From Candidatus Aminicenantes bacterium (GTDB lineage Bacteria; Acidobacteriota; Aminicenantia; Aminicenantales; JAFGBC01): 64,000 nt of DNA. The stretch spans positions 3,104,001 to 3,168,000 of the forward strand of contig OY969696.1 of NCBI GenBank assembly GCA_963702005.1, in the 5' to 3' direction. A program made the position numbers and the translations under genes. Numbering within the stretch: position 1 is the stretch's first letter; each line of letters begins with the position of its first letter. The notes under the pieces were generated by a model, which saw only the letters and a program-made list of their open reading frames with translations, was not told where the DNA came from and did not search any database. Of the stretch, positions 19,586 through 28,879 are shown in pieces.

Positions 19586-20620
19586 ATGCCCGGCGAGGAA
19601 AGGATCATAAAAAACGCGGAAATGCTGAACGACGCGTACCTCATCGGCAATCCGCTCGCAAGGGATTTCCAGCTAAAGGAACTCACATCGTGCCTGCGTC
19701 CCGCGCTCGAAGGGAAAAAGCCCGCGCATGCCTGGCTGTACGGAAGGCCTGGGACCGGGAAGACGCTGGTCGCGAAATTCGTCCTGAGAGAGCTGAGCAG
19801 AGAAGGACTTCTGGGCGGGATATACGTCAACTGCTGGGAGAACAATTCCTATTACGCGGTTCTCGACAAGCTCGTCCGCGAGCTCCGCATCCTGGGCGCG
19901 GAGAAGCTCAATACGGCGTTCAAGCTGGAGCGCTTCCGTAATTTCGTGGGGTCTCGCCCCTTCGTCATCGTCCTCGACGAGGTAGATCAGGCCAGGCGGC
20001 TGGAAAGGGACGCGCTTGTCTACAATCTCTGCGGCATCGGCAAAGTGGGGCTCGTCCTGATAAGCAATTCCGCTGACGCGTTCCTGGCGCTTGACGACCG
20101 GATAAAATCTCGCCTGAACGCAATGACCCTGGAATTCGAATGCTACAGCCCAGGCCGGCTCATGGGCATTCTCCGGCAGCGCGTCGAGCTTGCGCTGGCA
20201 GCCGGAACCGCGGACGAGGCGGTGCTGTCCAAGGTCACGGCGCTTTCCGAGGGCGATGCGCGCATGGCCTTCAAGATTCTAAAACAGGCGGCTCAAAACG
20301 CGGAAGCCGATGGTTCCGCGGCGATTGGCATGGACCACGTCATTTCGGCCCATACGTCTGCCAGGGAAATCAGGAAAGATGCCCTTTTAGCCAGGCTGTC
20401 GTCTCACCACAGGCTTCTTTACGACCTGGTGCGGCAGAAGGGCGAGGTCAATTCCGGCGAACTCTGGGAGGCTTATCTGGCCGAATCATCGCGCTTGGGG
20501 CGGCCGGCCATCGCTCTGCGCACGTTCTCCGAGTACATGAATCGGTTGATCGAACTGGAGCTCGTCCAGTGGGACCGGGCGCTGGTCAGGGGAAAGGTGA
20601 GGGTGTTTAAGCTGTCTTAG
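19586..20620 (+). CDS. cdc6: Orc1/Cdc6-family AAA+ replication initiator (archaeal type)
   Basis: LARDFQLKEL, YGRPGTGKT, YVNCW, IVLDEVD, LDDRIKSRL, GDARMA, C-terminal wHTH. Confidence 0.88.
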   Translation: MPGEERIIKNAEMLNDAYLIGNPLARDFQLKELTSCLRPALEGKKPAHAWLYGRPGTGKTLVAKFVLRELSREGLLGGIYVNCWENNSYYAVLDKLVRELRILGAEKLNTAFKLERFRNFVGSRPFVIVLDEVDQARRLERDALVYNLCGIGKVGLVLISNSADAFLALDDRIKSRLNAMTLEFECYSPGRLMGILRQRVELALAAGTADEAVLSKVTALSEGDARMAFKILKQAAQNAEADGSAAIGMDHVISAHTSAREIRKDALLARLSSHHRLLYDLVRQKGEVNSGELWEAYLAESSRLGRPAIALRTFSEYMNRLIELELVQWDRALVRGKVRVFKLS

Positions 20621-20646
20621 TATGTTATATTATTTATAAGAAAATA

Positions 20647-21375
20647 ATGCCCAAAAAGAATATACCTAATAAATTAATTATTTCATTTATTTTTTCTTAC
20701 TTTAAACTATTGGCAATGGCTTTTATCATCTATTTAGTATGTATTATTACTTTATCAACTATACTTGCGTATAAATATGAAGAATTTGTATTAAAAAAAG
20801 AATCACTCTTATCATTTTATTTTTTGATACCATTTAGTCTCGGAGTACTTATTGAACTTAATAATGAGAAATATAAAAAATCGATTTCATTAATTTACGG
20901 ATATTTATTGGGATTATTTGCTGGAATATCACTTGCAGCATCTATTCTTTATGGATTTATTTTTGGAATAATAATATTACTAATTTTTATTCTTGGGAAA
21001 CATATAGGTGGTTTTTGTCAGAGATATTTTTTTAAGCCGATACATACCTTTATTAAACCCTATATTTCATCAATATTGTTTAATTTAAAAATAATCATTG
21101 GGTATATTTTTCTTTGCACAATAATTTCCTTCTTATTTGCCTTAGTCTTTGCTCAATTGCAGCTTCATAATTCATGTAATTTTGGCTCCTTAGCTGGCCT
21201 TTTTTCTCATTTCATCAATTCATTTCTCAACATGATATCCTTTGGAAATATAGGAATTAAGGCAGATTGTGAAGTAATTAGTAAAATTCATCTTGTTCAA
21301 TATTTCATTTTTTCGCTAGTGACGATAATATTTGGAATTTTATTAATCAGGCCAAAATTAAAAACACAGAATTAA
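20647..21375 (+). CDS. Very low-GC membrane protein with channel pore-loop-like segment
   Basis: Multiple TM helices; SFLNMISFGNIGI resembles an Ion_trans_2 pore helix. Confidence 0.6.
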   Translation: MPKKNIPNKLIISFIFSYFKLLAMAFIIYLVCIITLSTILAYKYEEFVLKKESLLSFYFLIPFSLGVLIELNNEKYKKSISLIYGYLLGLFAGISLAASILYGFIFGIIILLIFILGKHIGGFCQRYFFKPIHTFIKPYISSILFNLKIIIGYIFLCTIISFLFALVFAQLQLHNSCNFGSLAGLFSHFINSFLNMISFGNIGIKADCEVISKIHLVQYFIFSLVTIIFGILLIRPKLKTQN

Positions 21376-21465
21376 GCAATATTATCTACCTAGACTGCTT
21401 CAATTTCCTATAATGAATTCTTTTCTCAGAGGAAGGTTCATAATTTTATTGCCTTATCTAATTTA

Positions 21466-21525
21466 GTCCGCTGGGACCGGGCGCTGGTCAGGGGGAAGGT
21501 GAGAGTGTTCAGGCCAACAGACTGA
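21466..21525 (+). pseudogene. Duplicated 3' end of cdc6
   Basis: Encodes VRWDRALVRGKVRVFRPTD* versus VQWDRALVRGKVRVFKLS* at 20564-20620. Confidence 0.85.
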
Positions 21526-21598
21526 CCACTTAGCACTTTCTCGGTTCTTTTTAATATAATTAAAGACGGAAATAAATGAATCCGTCAAGGGGACATAA

Positions 21599-23794
21599 AT
21601 GAACAATCATTCAAAAGACGCAGATTATCTAGATAAGATAAGACAGGCTCATGATCACGCTCTTCAGGAAAAAGAAACGATAAAGAGAAAGATTGAAACC
21701 GCTATTTCCGATATAGATGTAATTGAATTACTAGCGCATATTGCATTTATCTCACAATACGTTCCCGAGAATGACCACACTATTAATCAGAGTATGCGGG
21801 AATACCCTTCTCTGCATTATTTAGCCGGGTTATCCTTGAAACAGCATCTCGTTAGCACAAGGCCTCCGGAAAATCGGGAGGTCGAAGCCATCTCAGAAGA
21901 CGTCAACCGATATTTCATTTCATATATGCAGGATATAACCCTACAAAGCTTTAAAAAAGAAAAGGCATCAGACGAGGACGGATTAATCCTTCAAGCTAGA
22001 ATCCAAAAAATGTTACGGCAGACAAGTGCGATGATGTATCCGTTCCAAGTAGAAACCCTAATTCATGGCTTATTCTCTCAATTTGATGAGTATTTCTTGA
22101 CAAAGGCTGGCTTCAGAGCGTCCACGGCCCTAGAATTCGGTACGAAAATAATCAAGCGGTATGAAAGGATGGCCAATAATAGATATGAAGAGGTGGGATC
22201 AGCAAGAAAGAGGGCCGCTGAAGAATTAAAAGATCCTGTCAAAGGGTCAGCTATCAGAGCGACTATGGCCGATTCTTTATCAGATGAAGACTTGCTAACT
22301 TCCTATACGGCCTTCTTATTGTTCACTAACATCAAAGAAATGTTTCTTTTCAATCCGGAATTGCTATGTAGGGAAGAAGGTATTTCGGATTCGTCAGAAT
22401 TCGCCAATTATGTGAATGCTCTAAGTTGCGAATTCGGTTCAAATCAAGATTTTAATGATCCGCTTGATAGCAACATCATATCCATCAAGCCATTCATTAA
22501 GGTAAATGGCGACGCCTTTTTTGTTCCAATATTTCAGGACTTGATCCATAATCTTCCGCTTATTCTGGAATCCCTCCTTGAACAAGATAAGTTAGCACAA
22601 TCAGGGATCTGGCAGAGATACCAATCTAGCCGAGCTAACTTTATCGAGGGCCGAATTTGCGATTTTCTTTCCAGGTTGTTTCCCAATGCAAACATATTTA
22701 GGAATGTAAAATATGTTTATCAGGGGAACGAATGCGAAGCGGATATTATCGTCCTTTATGACAACAAAATATTTTTAGTTGAAGCAAAAGCGGGCTCTTT
22801 TAGAGAACAGGCGCAACGTGGAGGAATCGAAAGCCTAAAGAAGGACCTAAAGAAACTGATCGAGGAGGCATATCAGCAAGGGAGGAGGACAGCCGCTTAT
22901 CTAAAATCAAATGAAATCTCGACTTTTTCGTATTCCCAAGGCAATAAGATTTTGGAGATTAAACAAAACAATCAGACCACATTCATCATAGGGGTTACTC
23001 TAGAGCCCCTCATGAGCCTCGCTATCGGCTTGAAGAATCTTAGGTCGTTGGGGCTTTTCATTGAAAATGAGTATCCGTGGTCAGTTCAAATCAATGAACT
23101 GGATTTAGTTACGCGCCATCTTCCTTCTCCGACTATTTTTATTCACTACTTAGAAAGCCGTCTTCGGGCCATAGACGAAAATGTTTTTCATGCCTACGAC
23201 GAACTTTCGTTTCTTGCCTGGTATCTCAGAAAAGGGAACTTTTTAGTTCCATATGACAAGGACGACAAACAGCCAAATCTTTTGGAGATCGGGTCCGATT
23301 GGACAACGCCCTTCGATGAGCATTATCTCTTTGGTAAGGAAAAGCCGGAACTAGACATCGAAGATGATTTGCTAAAAATCATACGCATCTTAGAATATCT
23401 AAATCCGATTGGCTACTCGGACATCGCAAGCGCGCTCTTAGATTTCGACCATGAAGCAAGAAGACTAATCATCGCGAAGATTAACGACTTAATATCGTTA
23501 TCGAAAAGCGACCGGGAACCTCATGATTTTTCCGTAATCTATAAGGAAGATTTGGATACCGGCCTTAGCTTCATGACACTTGTAGGGAGAGACGGATTAA
23601 AAGAGCGTCTGGGCTCCTACTGTGCCTTGAAAAAATACCAAACTAAAACAAAAAGATGGCTCGGATTAGGACGAGATGTTCAGGATGACAGATGGTTTGT
23701 AAATGATTTCGCTTATTTCAATTTTCCTTGGGAACTCAATTCAAAAATGGACGAATTGCTCCGCGCTTTTCCCATGAGGGATAAAAGCACATAA
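21599..23794 (+). CDS. NERD/PD-(D/E)XK nuclease-domain protein
   Basis: ECEADIIVLYDNKIFLVEAK...AYQQ. Confidence 0.8.
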   Translation: MNNHSKDADYLDKIRQAHDHALQEKETIKRKIETAISDIDVIELLAHIAFISQYVPENDHTINQSMREYPSLHYLAGLSLKQHLVSTRPPENREVEAISEDVNRYFISYMQDITLQSFKKEKASDEDGLILQARIQKMLRQTSAMMYPFQVETLIHGLFSQFDEYFLTKAGFRASTALEFGTKIIKRYERMANNRYEEVGSARKRAAEELKDPVKGSAIRATMADSLSDEDLLTSYTAFLLFTNIKEMFLFNPELLCREEGISDSSEFANYVNALSCEFGSNQDFNDPLDSNIISIKPFIKVNGDAFFVPIFQDLIHNLPLILESLLEQDKLAQSGIWQRYQSSRANFIEGRICDFLSRLFPNANIFRNVKYVYQGNECEADIIVLYDNKIFLVEAKAGSFREQAQRGGIESLKKDLKKLIEEAYQQGRRTAAYLKSNEISTFSYSQGNKILEIKQNNQTTFIIGVTLEPLMSLAIGLKNLRSLGLFIENEYPWSVQINELDLVTRHLPSPTIFIHYLESRLRAIDENVFHAYDELSFLAWYLRKGNFLVPYDKDDKQPNLLEIGSDWTTPFDEHYLFGKEKPELDIEDDLLKIIRILEYLNPIGYSDIASALLDFDHEARRLIIAKINDLISLSKSDREPHDFSVIYKEDLDTGLSFMTLVGRDGLKERLGSYCALKKYQTKTKRWLGLGRDVQDDRWFVNDFAYFNFPWELNSKMDELLRAFPMRDKST

Positions 23795-23862
23795 TTCTTT
23801 ATTCGCACAAACCGCATCCTCCCTCCTCAATCCTTTTCTTCCCCCCTGCCTTCCTACTTCCC

Positions 23863-23976
23863 ATGGATTACAGAAAACTTGACGAGCTCCCCGCCTGGGT
23901 CAAGCTCGTGAACAGGCTTCTTCATGGCCAGGAGACTCTTGAAGACGTCAGGCCATACAGGGAGGCGAAGGGATGA
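23863..23976 (+). CDS. 37-aa hypothetical protein
   Basis: MDYRKLDELPAWVKLVNRLLHGQETLEDVRPYREAKG; ATGA overlap with next ORF. Confidence 0.45.
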   Translation: MDYRKLDELPAWVKLVNRLLHGQETLEDVRPYREAKG

Positions 23977-24194
23977 ACGAGATCCACATTCTGGATATAA
24001 GGATTATTGGAGCTGGAATAGTTTTCATAGCCTTTGCGCTGATCGTGGTTGCTGGATTCGCGCTCGGCCCTTATCTTGAGGTGGTTTCTCCTTACGATGG
24101 AAAGCTTTTGATAATTGCATCTTCGATTTCTCTTGGGGTCATGATTGCCACTGCCTGTTTCATAATCTACTCTATGTTCAAACGCAAAGAATGA
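23973..24194 (+). CDS. Small two-TM protein
   Basis: Two hydrophobic helices; GGAGG SD. Confidence 0.65.
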   Translation: MNEIHILDIRIIGAGIVFIAFALIVVAGFALGPYLEVVSPYDGKLLIIASSISLGVMIATACFIIYSMFKRKE

Positions 24195-24337
24195 GCTTCT
24201 TCTGAAAGCTTTATAAGCATAAAAGGCAATATATAAACAGACCTACGGCGCTACATTTTACGTTGCTGGCTCAGTCCCAGCGTAAAACGCATTGTGTAGC
24301 GCTAAGGTATTTAAAAACCAGAGGGGGTTTGATACCT

Positions 24338-25522
24338 ATGATGCGCCTCGATGCACATAAGTACAAAGAAAGAATTGAGCGGTTTTTTGAGAAGCTTGAA
24401 GACAGTCCGATGAATGAAGAAGACAAGAAAATCCTCGATAAATATAGAGATTACCTCGTTTCTGAGGGGATAACCTTAGGCAGGGTGGCCAAATACCTCC
24501 ACGACTTAAACAAAGCTTCAGGACTCTTGGGCAAAAAGTTCGGAGAAGCGGATGAGGGGGATATCAGGACGATCGTAACCATTTTCGACAAAAATGAGAA
24601 ATACTCTCCCTGGACAAAGCGCGATTTCAAAATAGCCCTTCGTAAATTCTACACCTGGCTGCGCGGGACGAAGACATATCCTCCTGAAGTGGCTTGGCTG
24701 CGGGTCCATGTAAAGATCAGGAACACCAAGACGGCAGAAAACATGCTCACAGAGGAGGAGGTAAAAAAGCTTATTGATCATGCGCCTGGCGCTCAGGAAA
24801 AGGCATTCATTGCGACGCTTTACGAAAGCGGCTGCAGGATAGGAGAACTGATTTACCTGAAAACAAACCAGGTCAAATTCGACGACTTCGGAGCTCAACT
24901 ATTCGTGACGGGCAAGACGGGCTTCAGAAGGGTGAGAGTGATCGCGTGCGTCCCCTATCTCATCGAATGGACAAACAAACATCCGTTGAAGCACGATTCA
25001 GAAGCGTACCTCTGGATAAATAGAAAGCTTGAACCTTTCGATTACAACGGGATAGCTCAGACGCTTTACCGCATCGCAAAAAAGGCGGGCATCAAAAAGA
25101 ACGTAAATCCCCATAACTTCAGGCATTCGCGGGCGACCTATCTGGCGAATTTTCTGACCGAAGCCCAGATGAAAGAGCATTTTGGATGGACGCAGGACTC
25201 GAAAATGGCGGCAGTCTATGTCCATTTGTCCGGTCGAGACGTGGACAAGGCTCTTCTGAAGGTCTATGGAATCGAAAGCGCTGAACAGAAGAAAGAAAGC
25301 ATTTTCAAACCGAAAGAGTGCGCCCGCTGCCGCCTCTCTAATCAGGCAACCAACCGCTTCTGCTCCCGCTGCGGCCTCCCCCTGGACGAAGAAGCCAAGG
25401 CCGAGGTCATGAGGAAGGACATGGAGCGGGAAAAGGCGGACCAGGTGCTGGACAAACTTATCGAGGACCGGGAGTTCAGGGAGATGTTTGTACAAAAACT
25501 ACAGAATTTTAAGCGGCTCTAG
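24338..25522 (+). CDS. Tyrosine integrase of archaeal type with C-terminal zinc ribbon
   Basis: YESGCRIGE, GKTG, PHNFRHSRAT, FGW..DSKMAAVYVHL, CARC...CSRCG. Confidence 0.92.
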   Translation: MMRLDAHKYKERIERFFEKLEDSPMNEEDKKILDKYRDYLVSEGITLGRVAKYLHDLNKASGLLGKKFGEADEGDIRTIVTIFDKNEKYSPWTKRDFKIALRKFYTWLRGTKTYPPEVAWLRVHVKIRNTKTAENMLTEEEVKKLIDHAPGAQEKAFIATLYESGCRIGELIYLKTNQVKFDDFGAQLFVTGKTGFRRVRVIACVPYLIEWTNKHPLKHDSEAYLWINRKLEPFDYNGIAQTLYRIAKKAGIKKNVNPHNFRHSRATYLANFLTEAQMKEHFGWTQDSKMAAVYVHLSGRDVDKALLKVYGIESAEQKKESIFKPKECARCRLSNQATNRFCSRCGLPLDEEAKAEVMRKDMEREKADQVLDKLIEDREFREMFVQKLQNFKRL

Positions 25523-26083
25523 TTAATCTACCTTCTTTTTTCCCAAATAAGGAAACCCGCAAAAAAAACAACGGACTTTTTCTGTCCAATCTTCGCGTAT
25601 TTTAATCTTCCGCTTGCAACAGGGCAATTCAACTATTTCCATATCATTTGTTTCGGGAGAGATCCAAGGCTCCTCCATTTTCATTTCTTGCGCATCAATT
25701 TTTATTGAAAATAATCCAGACGAAGACCCGCCGAAATTTCTCTTCAACGGCCTGATAAGTTCTTCGTTGATTATTCTATTCGCTAGGTTTTTCGCAAAGA
25801 CGCCGATATAAGCCATTTGTTCATCGGTCCACCAATTACTGGCCGCGGACACTTGCCCGCAATAAGGGCAGAAGAATTCTGGCTCGGGCTTTCCACCCTC
25901 TTCTTGTTTAACTTCATCAGCTTTATTATCGAGCATAAAGTTCTCGACTCCCTTTTTAGCCAGGTTTTCGAGTTCTTTCTCATCAAGCAATACTTTGAAC
26001 TCCCTCCGGCATAAAGGACACAGCCTGCGGAAAAATCTTTCATCGTCCGTAGGAAGAGGAACACTCATTTCAATGTGGCTCAT
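25523..26083 (-). CDS. Multi-zinc-ribbon protein
   Basis: CPLC, CPYC, PCC, CFFC; overlaps upstream Abi_C gene. Confidence 0.75.
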   Translation of the reverse strand: MSHIEMSVPLPTDDERFFRRLCPLCRREFKVLLDEKELENLAKKGVENFMLDNKADEVKQEEGGKPEPEFFCPYCGQVSAASNWWTDEQMAYIGVFAKNLANRIINEELIRPLKRNFGGSSSGLFSIKIDAQEMKMEEPWISPETNDMEIVELPCCKRKIKIREDWTEKVRCFFCGFPYLGKKKVD

Positions 26084-26864
26084 TTCCCGCTCCTTTTATT
26101 TGTACAAATCGCCTTATTATTGCGGTTGCCAGGCTTGAAGATATGTTAATGGCCAACTCCGCTATATATGCCGATGTCTGGGGCGGGAATTTCCCTTTTC
26201 CATGTGCGTCTCCAAGAACGTTTCGCAGACCCCCGAGATTGGTGATTAATCCCGTCAATGCATTTAGAACACGGGTCAGCTCTTCGCTTGCATCTATCTT
26301 ATCAAAATCAAGAAGTGCGCGAGTGGACTTCCATAAATCAGATAATTGTTTCTTCTCAGGCAAAGGCCTCTTGCATTCGTCATGACAAATTCGCATCGTA
26401 CTTTCGAGACAGCTTATGCTCCGAGTTACCGCATTTTCGAAATTTCCGTCCCTTATGGCCGTTCTTGCTTTCTCAATGTCCTGGAATGCGGCGAAAAATC
26501 CATGTTTTTCGAAGAGTCCTCTCGCTGTCGTCACGATTTGTCGAGTTGTTTCGGCGGTCGGCAATTCGCATTTTTTACAATAATCTAGATTCGTGTCTCT
26601 ACGCCGTATTTTGCAGAATAGGTTGTGAATGTGATACGCGTTATGCCTCCAGATTTGAATACTGGGAGTGATCGCGTCACAACCAACTTCTCTATATACC
26701 TTGCCTACGGGACATTCAAGGCAAATCTCCGCTGATACTTCGTTCGTATTGTGCTCCCCGCCGGTCTGTTTGGCCGCTCTACAAATCAGCGTCCCCATTC
26801 CGATTTCTTGAAGATGGCAACTTATGTCGTCTTGCTCGGAAGGTCCCTTTTTCTCATCAGTCAT
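26070..26864 (-). CDS. Abortive-infection C-terminal (Abi_C/HEPN-like) protein with Cys-rich N-terminus
   Basis: AVTRSISCLES, LGGLRNVLGDAHG, AELAIN. Confidence 0.75.
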   Translation of the reverse strand: MTDEKKGPSEQDDISCHLQEIGMGTLICRAAKQTGGEHNTNEVSAEICLECPVGKVYREVGCDAITPSIQIWRHNAYHIHNLFCKIRRRDTNLDYCKKCELPTAETTRQIVTTARGLFEKHGFFAAFQDIEKARTAIRDGNFENAVTRSISCLESTMRICHDECKRPLPEKKQLSDLWKSTRALLDFDKIDASEELTRVLNALTGLITNLGGLRNVLGDAHGKGKFPPQTSAYIAELAINISSSLATAIIRRFVQIKGAGNEPH

Positions 26865-26994
26865 TAAAAGCCCCTTTAATTGTTAATTCATACGGAATTA
26901 TATTCGTTTTCTCCCGTTTATTAAAGCCTCTTTAAAAGCATAATCCGCATTGCTTCTCGGCCAGACTTTAAAAGAGGTCTGTCAATCGGCATAC

Positions 26995-27144
26995 ATGAAT
27001 TCGGCGAATCCCCGGAAGACGGTCGCTTTCGCCTGTCCAGGCTGCCTGACGACATTCCATCTTTATATCTGGGAAATCGAGGAAGGCGCTCCGAAATGTA
27101 ACTACTGCATGATCCCCCTTGAGAGGGTGAAGAATCGGAGGTGA
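26995..27144 (+). CDS. Small zinc-finger protein
   Basis: CPGC...CNYC. Confidence 0.6.
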   Translation: MNSANPRKTVAFACPGCLTTFHLYIWEIEEGAPKCNYCMIPLERVKNRR

Positions 27145-27147
27145 AGG

Positions 27148-27612
27148 ATGAATCTCAACGAAATGAGTCATGAGAGGCAGGTGGGCTATCTGCGGTCGGT
27201 TTTGAGGTCGGGGAAAGGCACTCTGACGGGCTTTATGGCGCTGTTCGCGTTCCGCCATCATCTCGCATCGAAGCATTCGCCCGACTTCTCGCAGAGCCCG
27301 GTGCTGCGCTGGTATCTGGGCCAGCTCGCGAAGGAATACATCAAGCGCTACTACGCTGAAGCGAAGAGCACGCTGGAGAACTTCGCCGAGATCGGCCTGC
27401 TCGAAGCGAAGGGCGACGCCGAAGAGGTCCAGAGGGAATTCCGGCTGAACGAAGCTTTCTTGCCTGCCCTTCAGGAAGTGCTCGAAGAGATCTTCGGCAA
27501 CGAAACCGTCGCAGACGCAGTCGCCAGGGCCAAATACTACAGGGACCCTGCCTCGGCAAAGGAAAGGCCGCATGCTCGGAAGGATTTCAAGAATGCAGAG
27601 GTGGGAAAATGA
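27148..27612 (+). CDS. Hypothetical protein (possible wHTH)
   Basis: GGAGGTGA SD; coupled operon. Confidence 0.7.
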   Translation: MNLNEMSHERQVGYLRSVLRSGKGTLTGFMALFAFRHHLASKHSPDFSQSPVLRWYLGQLAKEYIKRYYAEAKSTLENFAEIGLLEAKGDAEEVQREFRLNEAFLPALQEVLEEIFGNETVADAVARAKYYRDPASAKERPHARKDFKNAEVGK

Positions 27613-28052
27613 AGGGCGAGATCGAGAAAATCTGGAAGAATGCGACAGCCGATGGTAGAAAATACAACGTCTTGCAGATAGGCGGCGTGCGCTATTCGCT
27701 TTGGGAAGGCGACTACCTGGACAAGCTGAGCGAAGGCCAGACGCTCGAATTCGACTTCCGCGAGAGCGGCGACTTCAGGAACATCAGCAAAATCTACGAC
27801 CCGGCGGGGGCCAAGAAACCGAGCGAGAACGACGCCCTGCCGCCGGAGCCTCCAGCAAACGACAATCAACAGGGCCAGAAGGCGCGCCAAATCGTGAGGA
27901 TGAGCAGCCTGCGTTCGGCCAGCCAGATCCTGAACGGGTCGAGAATCCCTGCCGGCGAGCGCGCCGAGAAGACGATAGAAATCGCGAAGAAGTTCGAGAA
28001 GTACATCGGCGACGAGGGCTTGGCGGACCTCGAAGATGAAAACAAGCCATAG
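27609..28052 (+). CDS. Putative OB-fold ssDNA-binding-like protein
   Basis: Beta-rich N-terminus (YSLW...GDFRNI), Pro linker, IVRMSSLRSA motif, acidic tail. Confidence 0.5.
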   Translation: MKGEIEKIWKNATADGRKYNVLQIGGVRYSLWEGDYLDKLSEGQTLEFDFRESGDFRNISKIYDPAGAKKPSENDALPPEPPANDNQQGQKARQIVRMSSLRSASQILNGSRIPAGERAEKTIEIAKKFEKYIGDEGLADLEDENKP

Positions 28053-28350
28053 GCTTTCGGAATTCGTGAAGTCCCTCGGACGATATGGACGGCCTGAGCC
28101 AGGCGAAGAGCTCTTGACCGAATATGGAAAGGCAAGGGTTTTGCGCGTCGTTCCCTATGAGGAAGTCGTCGAAGAGATGAGGAGAGACCTCGTCGCTAGC
28201 AAGGAAATCGAGCGCTTCGATTTGCGCGCCGAGCATTTCCTCGGAAAGAAGGACAAGTATTTCGAGGCCGAGCTTGCATATCCCGACGGCGAAGTCGAAC
28301 GAATCGACTGGAGCGAATACCTCGCCATGAAAAACAAAGGAAAAGGGTGA
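28036..28350 (+). CDS. Hypothetical protein
   Basis: Overlapping operon gene with backbone-like codon usage. Confidence 0.65.
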   Translation: MKTSHRLSEFVKSLGRYGRPEPGEELLTEYGKARVLRVVPYEEVVEEMRRDLVASKEIERFDLRAEHFLGKKDKYFEAELAYPDGEVERIDWSEYLAMKNKGKG

Positions 28351-28445
28351 TTTTACGGTCGCACACGAAAAAATCAGGTTAGGTGATCAGGAGTTCGCGG
28401 TCAGAACGAAGAAGGTTTATCAAAGAGACCTTACCTCAGACTGTT

Positions 28446-28630
28446 GGTCCGTCCAGGTTTGGGGCCTCCCCTACTGCTCGGGCTTCGGGAACCCTGAGGC
28501 GATGTGCGAGTTCCTGGCGACCGAGGAATGCGGAGGATACGGCGTCAGACGGAAGATCCTCAGGGGCAAATACCCCCTCCACGGCCTTCCTGACGCATCT
28601 TCGGGGGCCGGACCGTAGGGTGTGGGGAGT
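28446..28630 (+). ncRNA. Candidate structured RNA or ssDNA element
   Basis: Nested stems GGTCCG/CGGACC, GCGTCAG/CTGACGC, GGAAG/CTTCC, AGGGG/CCCCT, TTCCT/AGGAA. Confidence 0.45.
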
Positions 28631-28636
28631 AGAACC

Positions 28637-28879
28637 ATGAAAAAGGCCCGCATTTTCGTCCTGGTGAAGAATTTCGGGGGCGTCAACCACGACGCCGAGC
28701 TTTACTCCAGCCTCGCGGAGGCCAAGCGCGGCTTCGCCGAGTATACGGGCTTCGGCTATTCCAGAGAATATTGCGATCCCTGCTCTCCCAAGTACTCGGA
28801 AAAATTCAGCGAGACGAAGCTTTTCGAGCTCGATATGCCGGATTTCCTCAGGCCAAGGCGGACAAAGCAAAAAGGGTGA
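28637..28879 (+). CDS. Hypothetical protein
   Basis: GGGGAG SD; GTGA overlap with radC-like gene. Confidence 0.6.
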   Translation: MKKARIFVLVKNFGGVNHDAELYSSLAEAKRGFAEYTGFGYSREYCDPCSPKYSEKFSETKLFELDMPDFLRPRRTKQKG

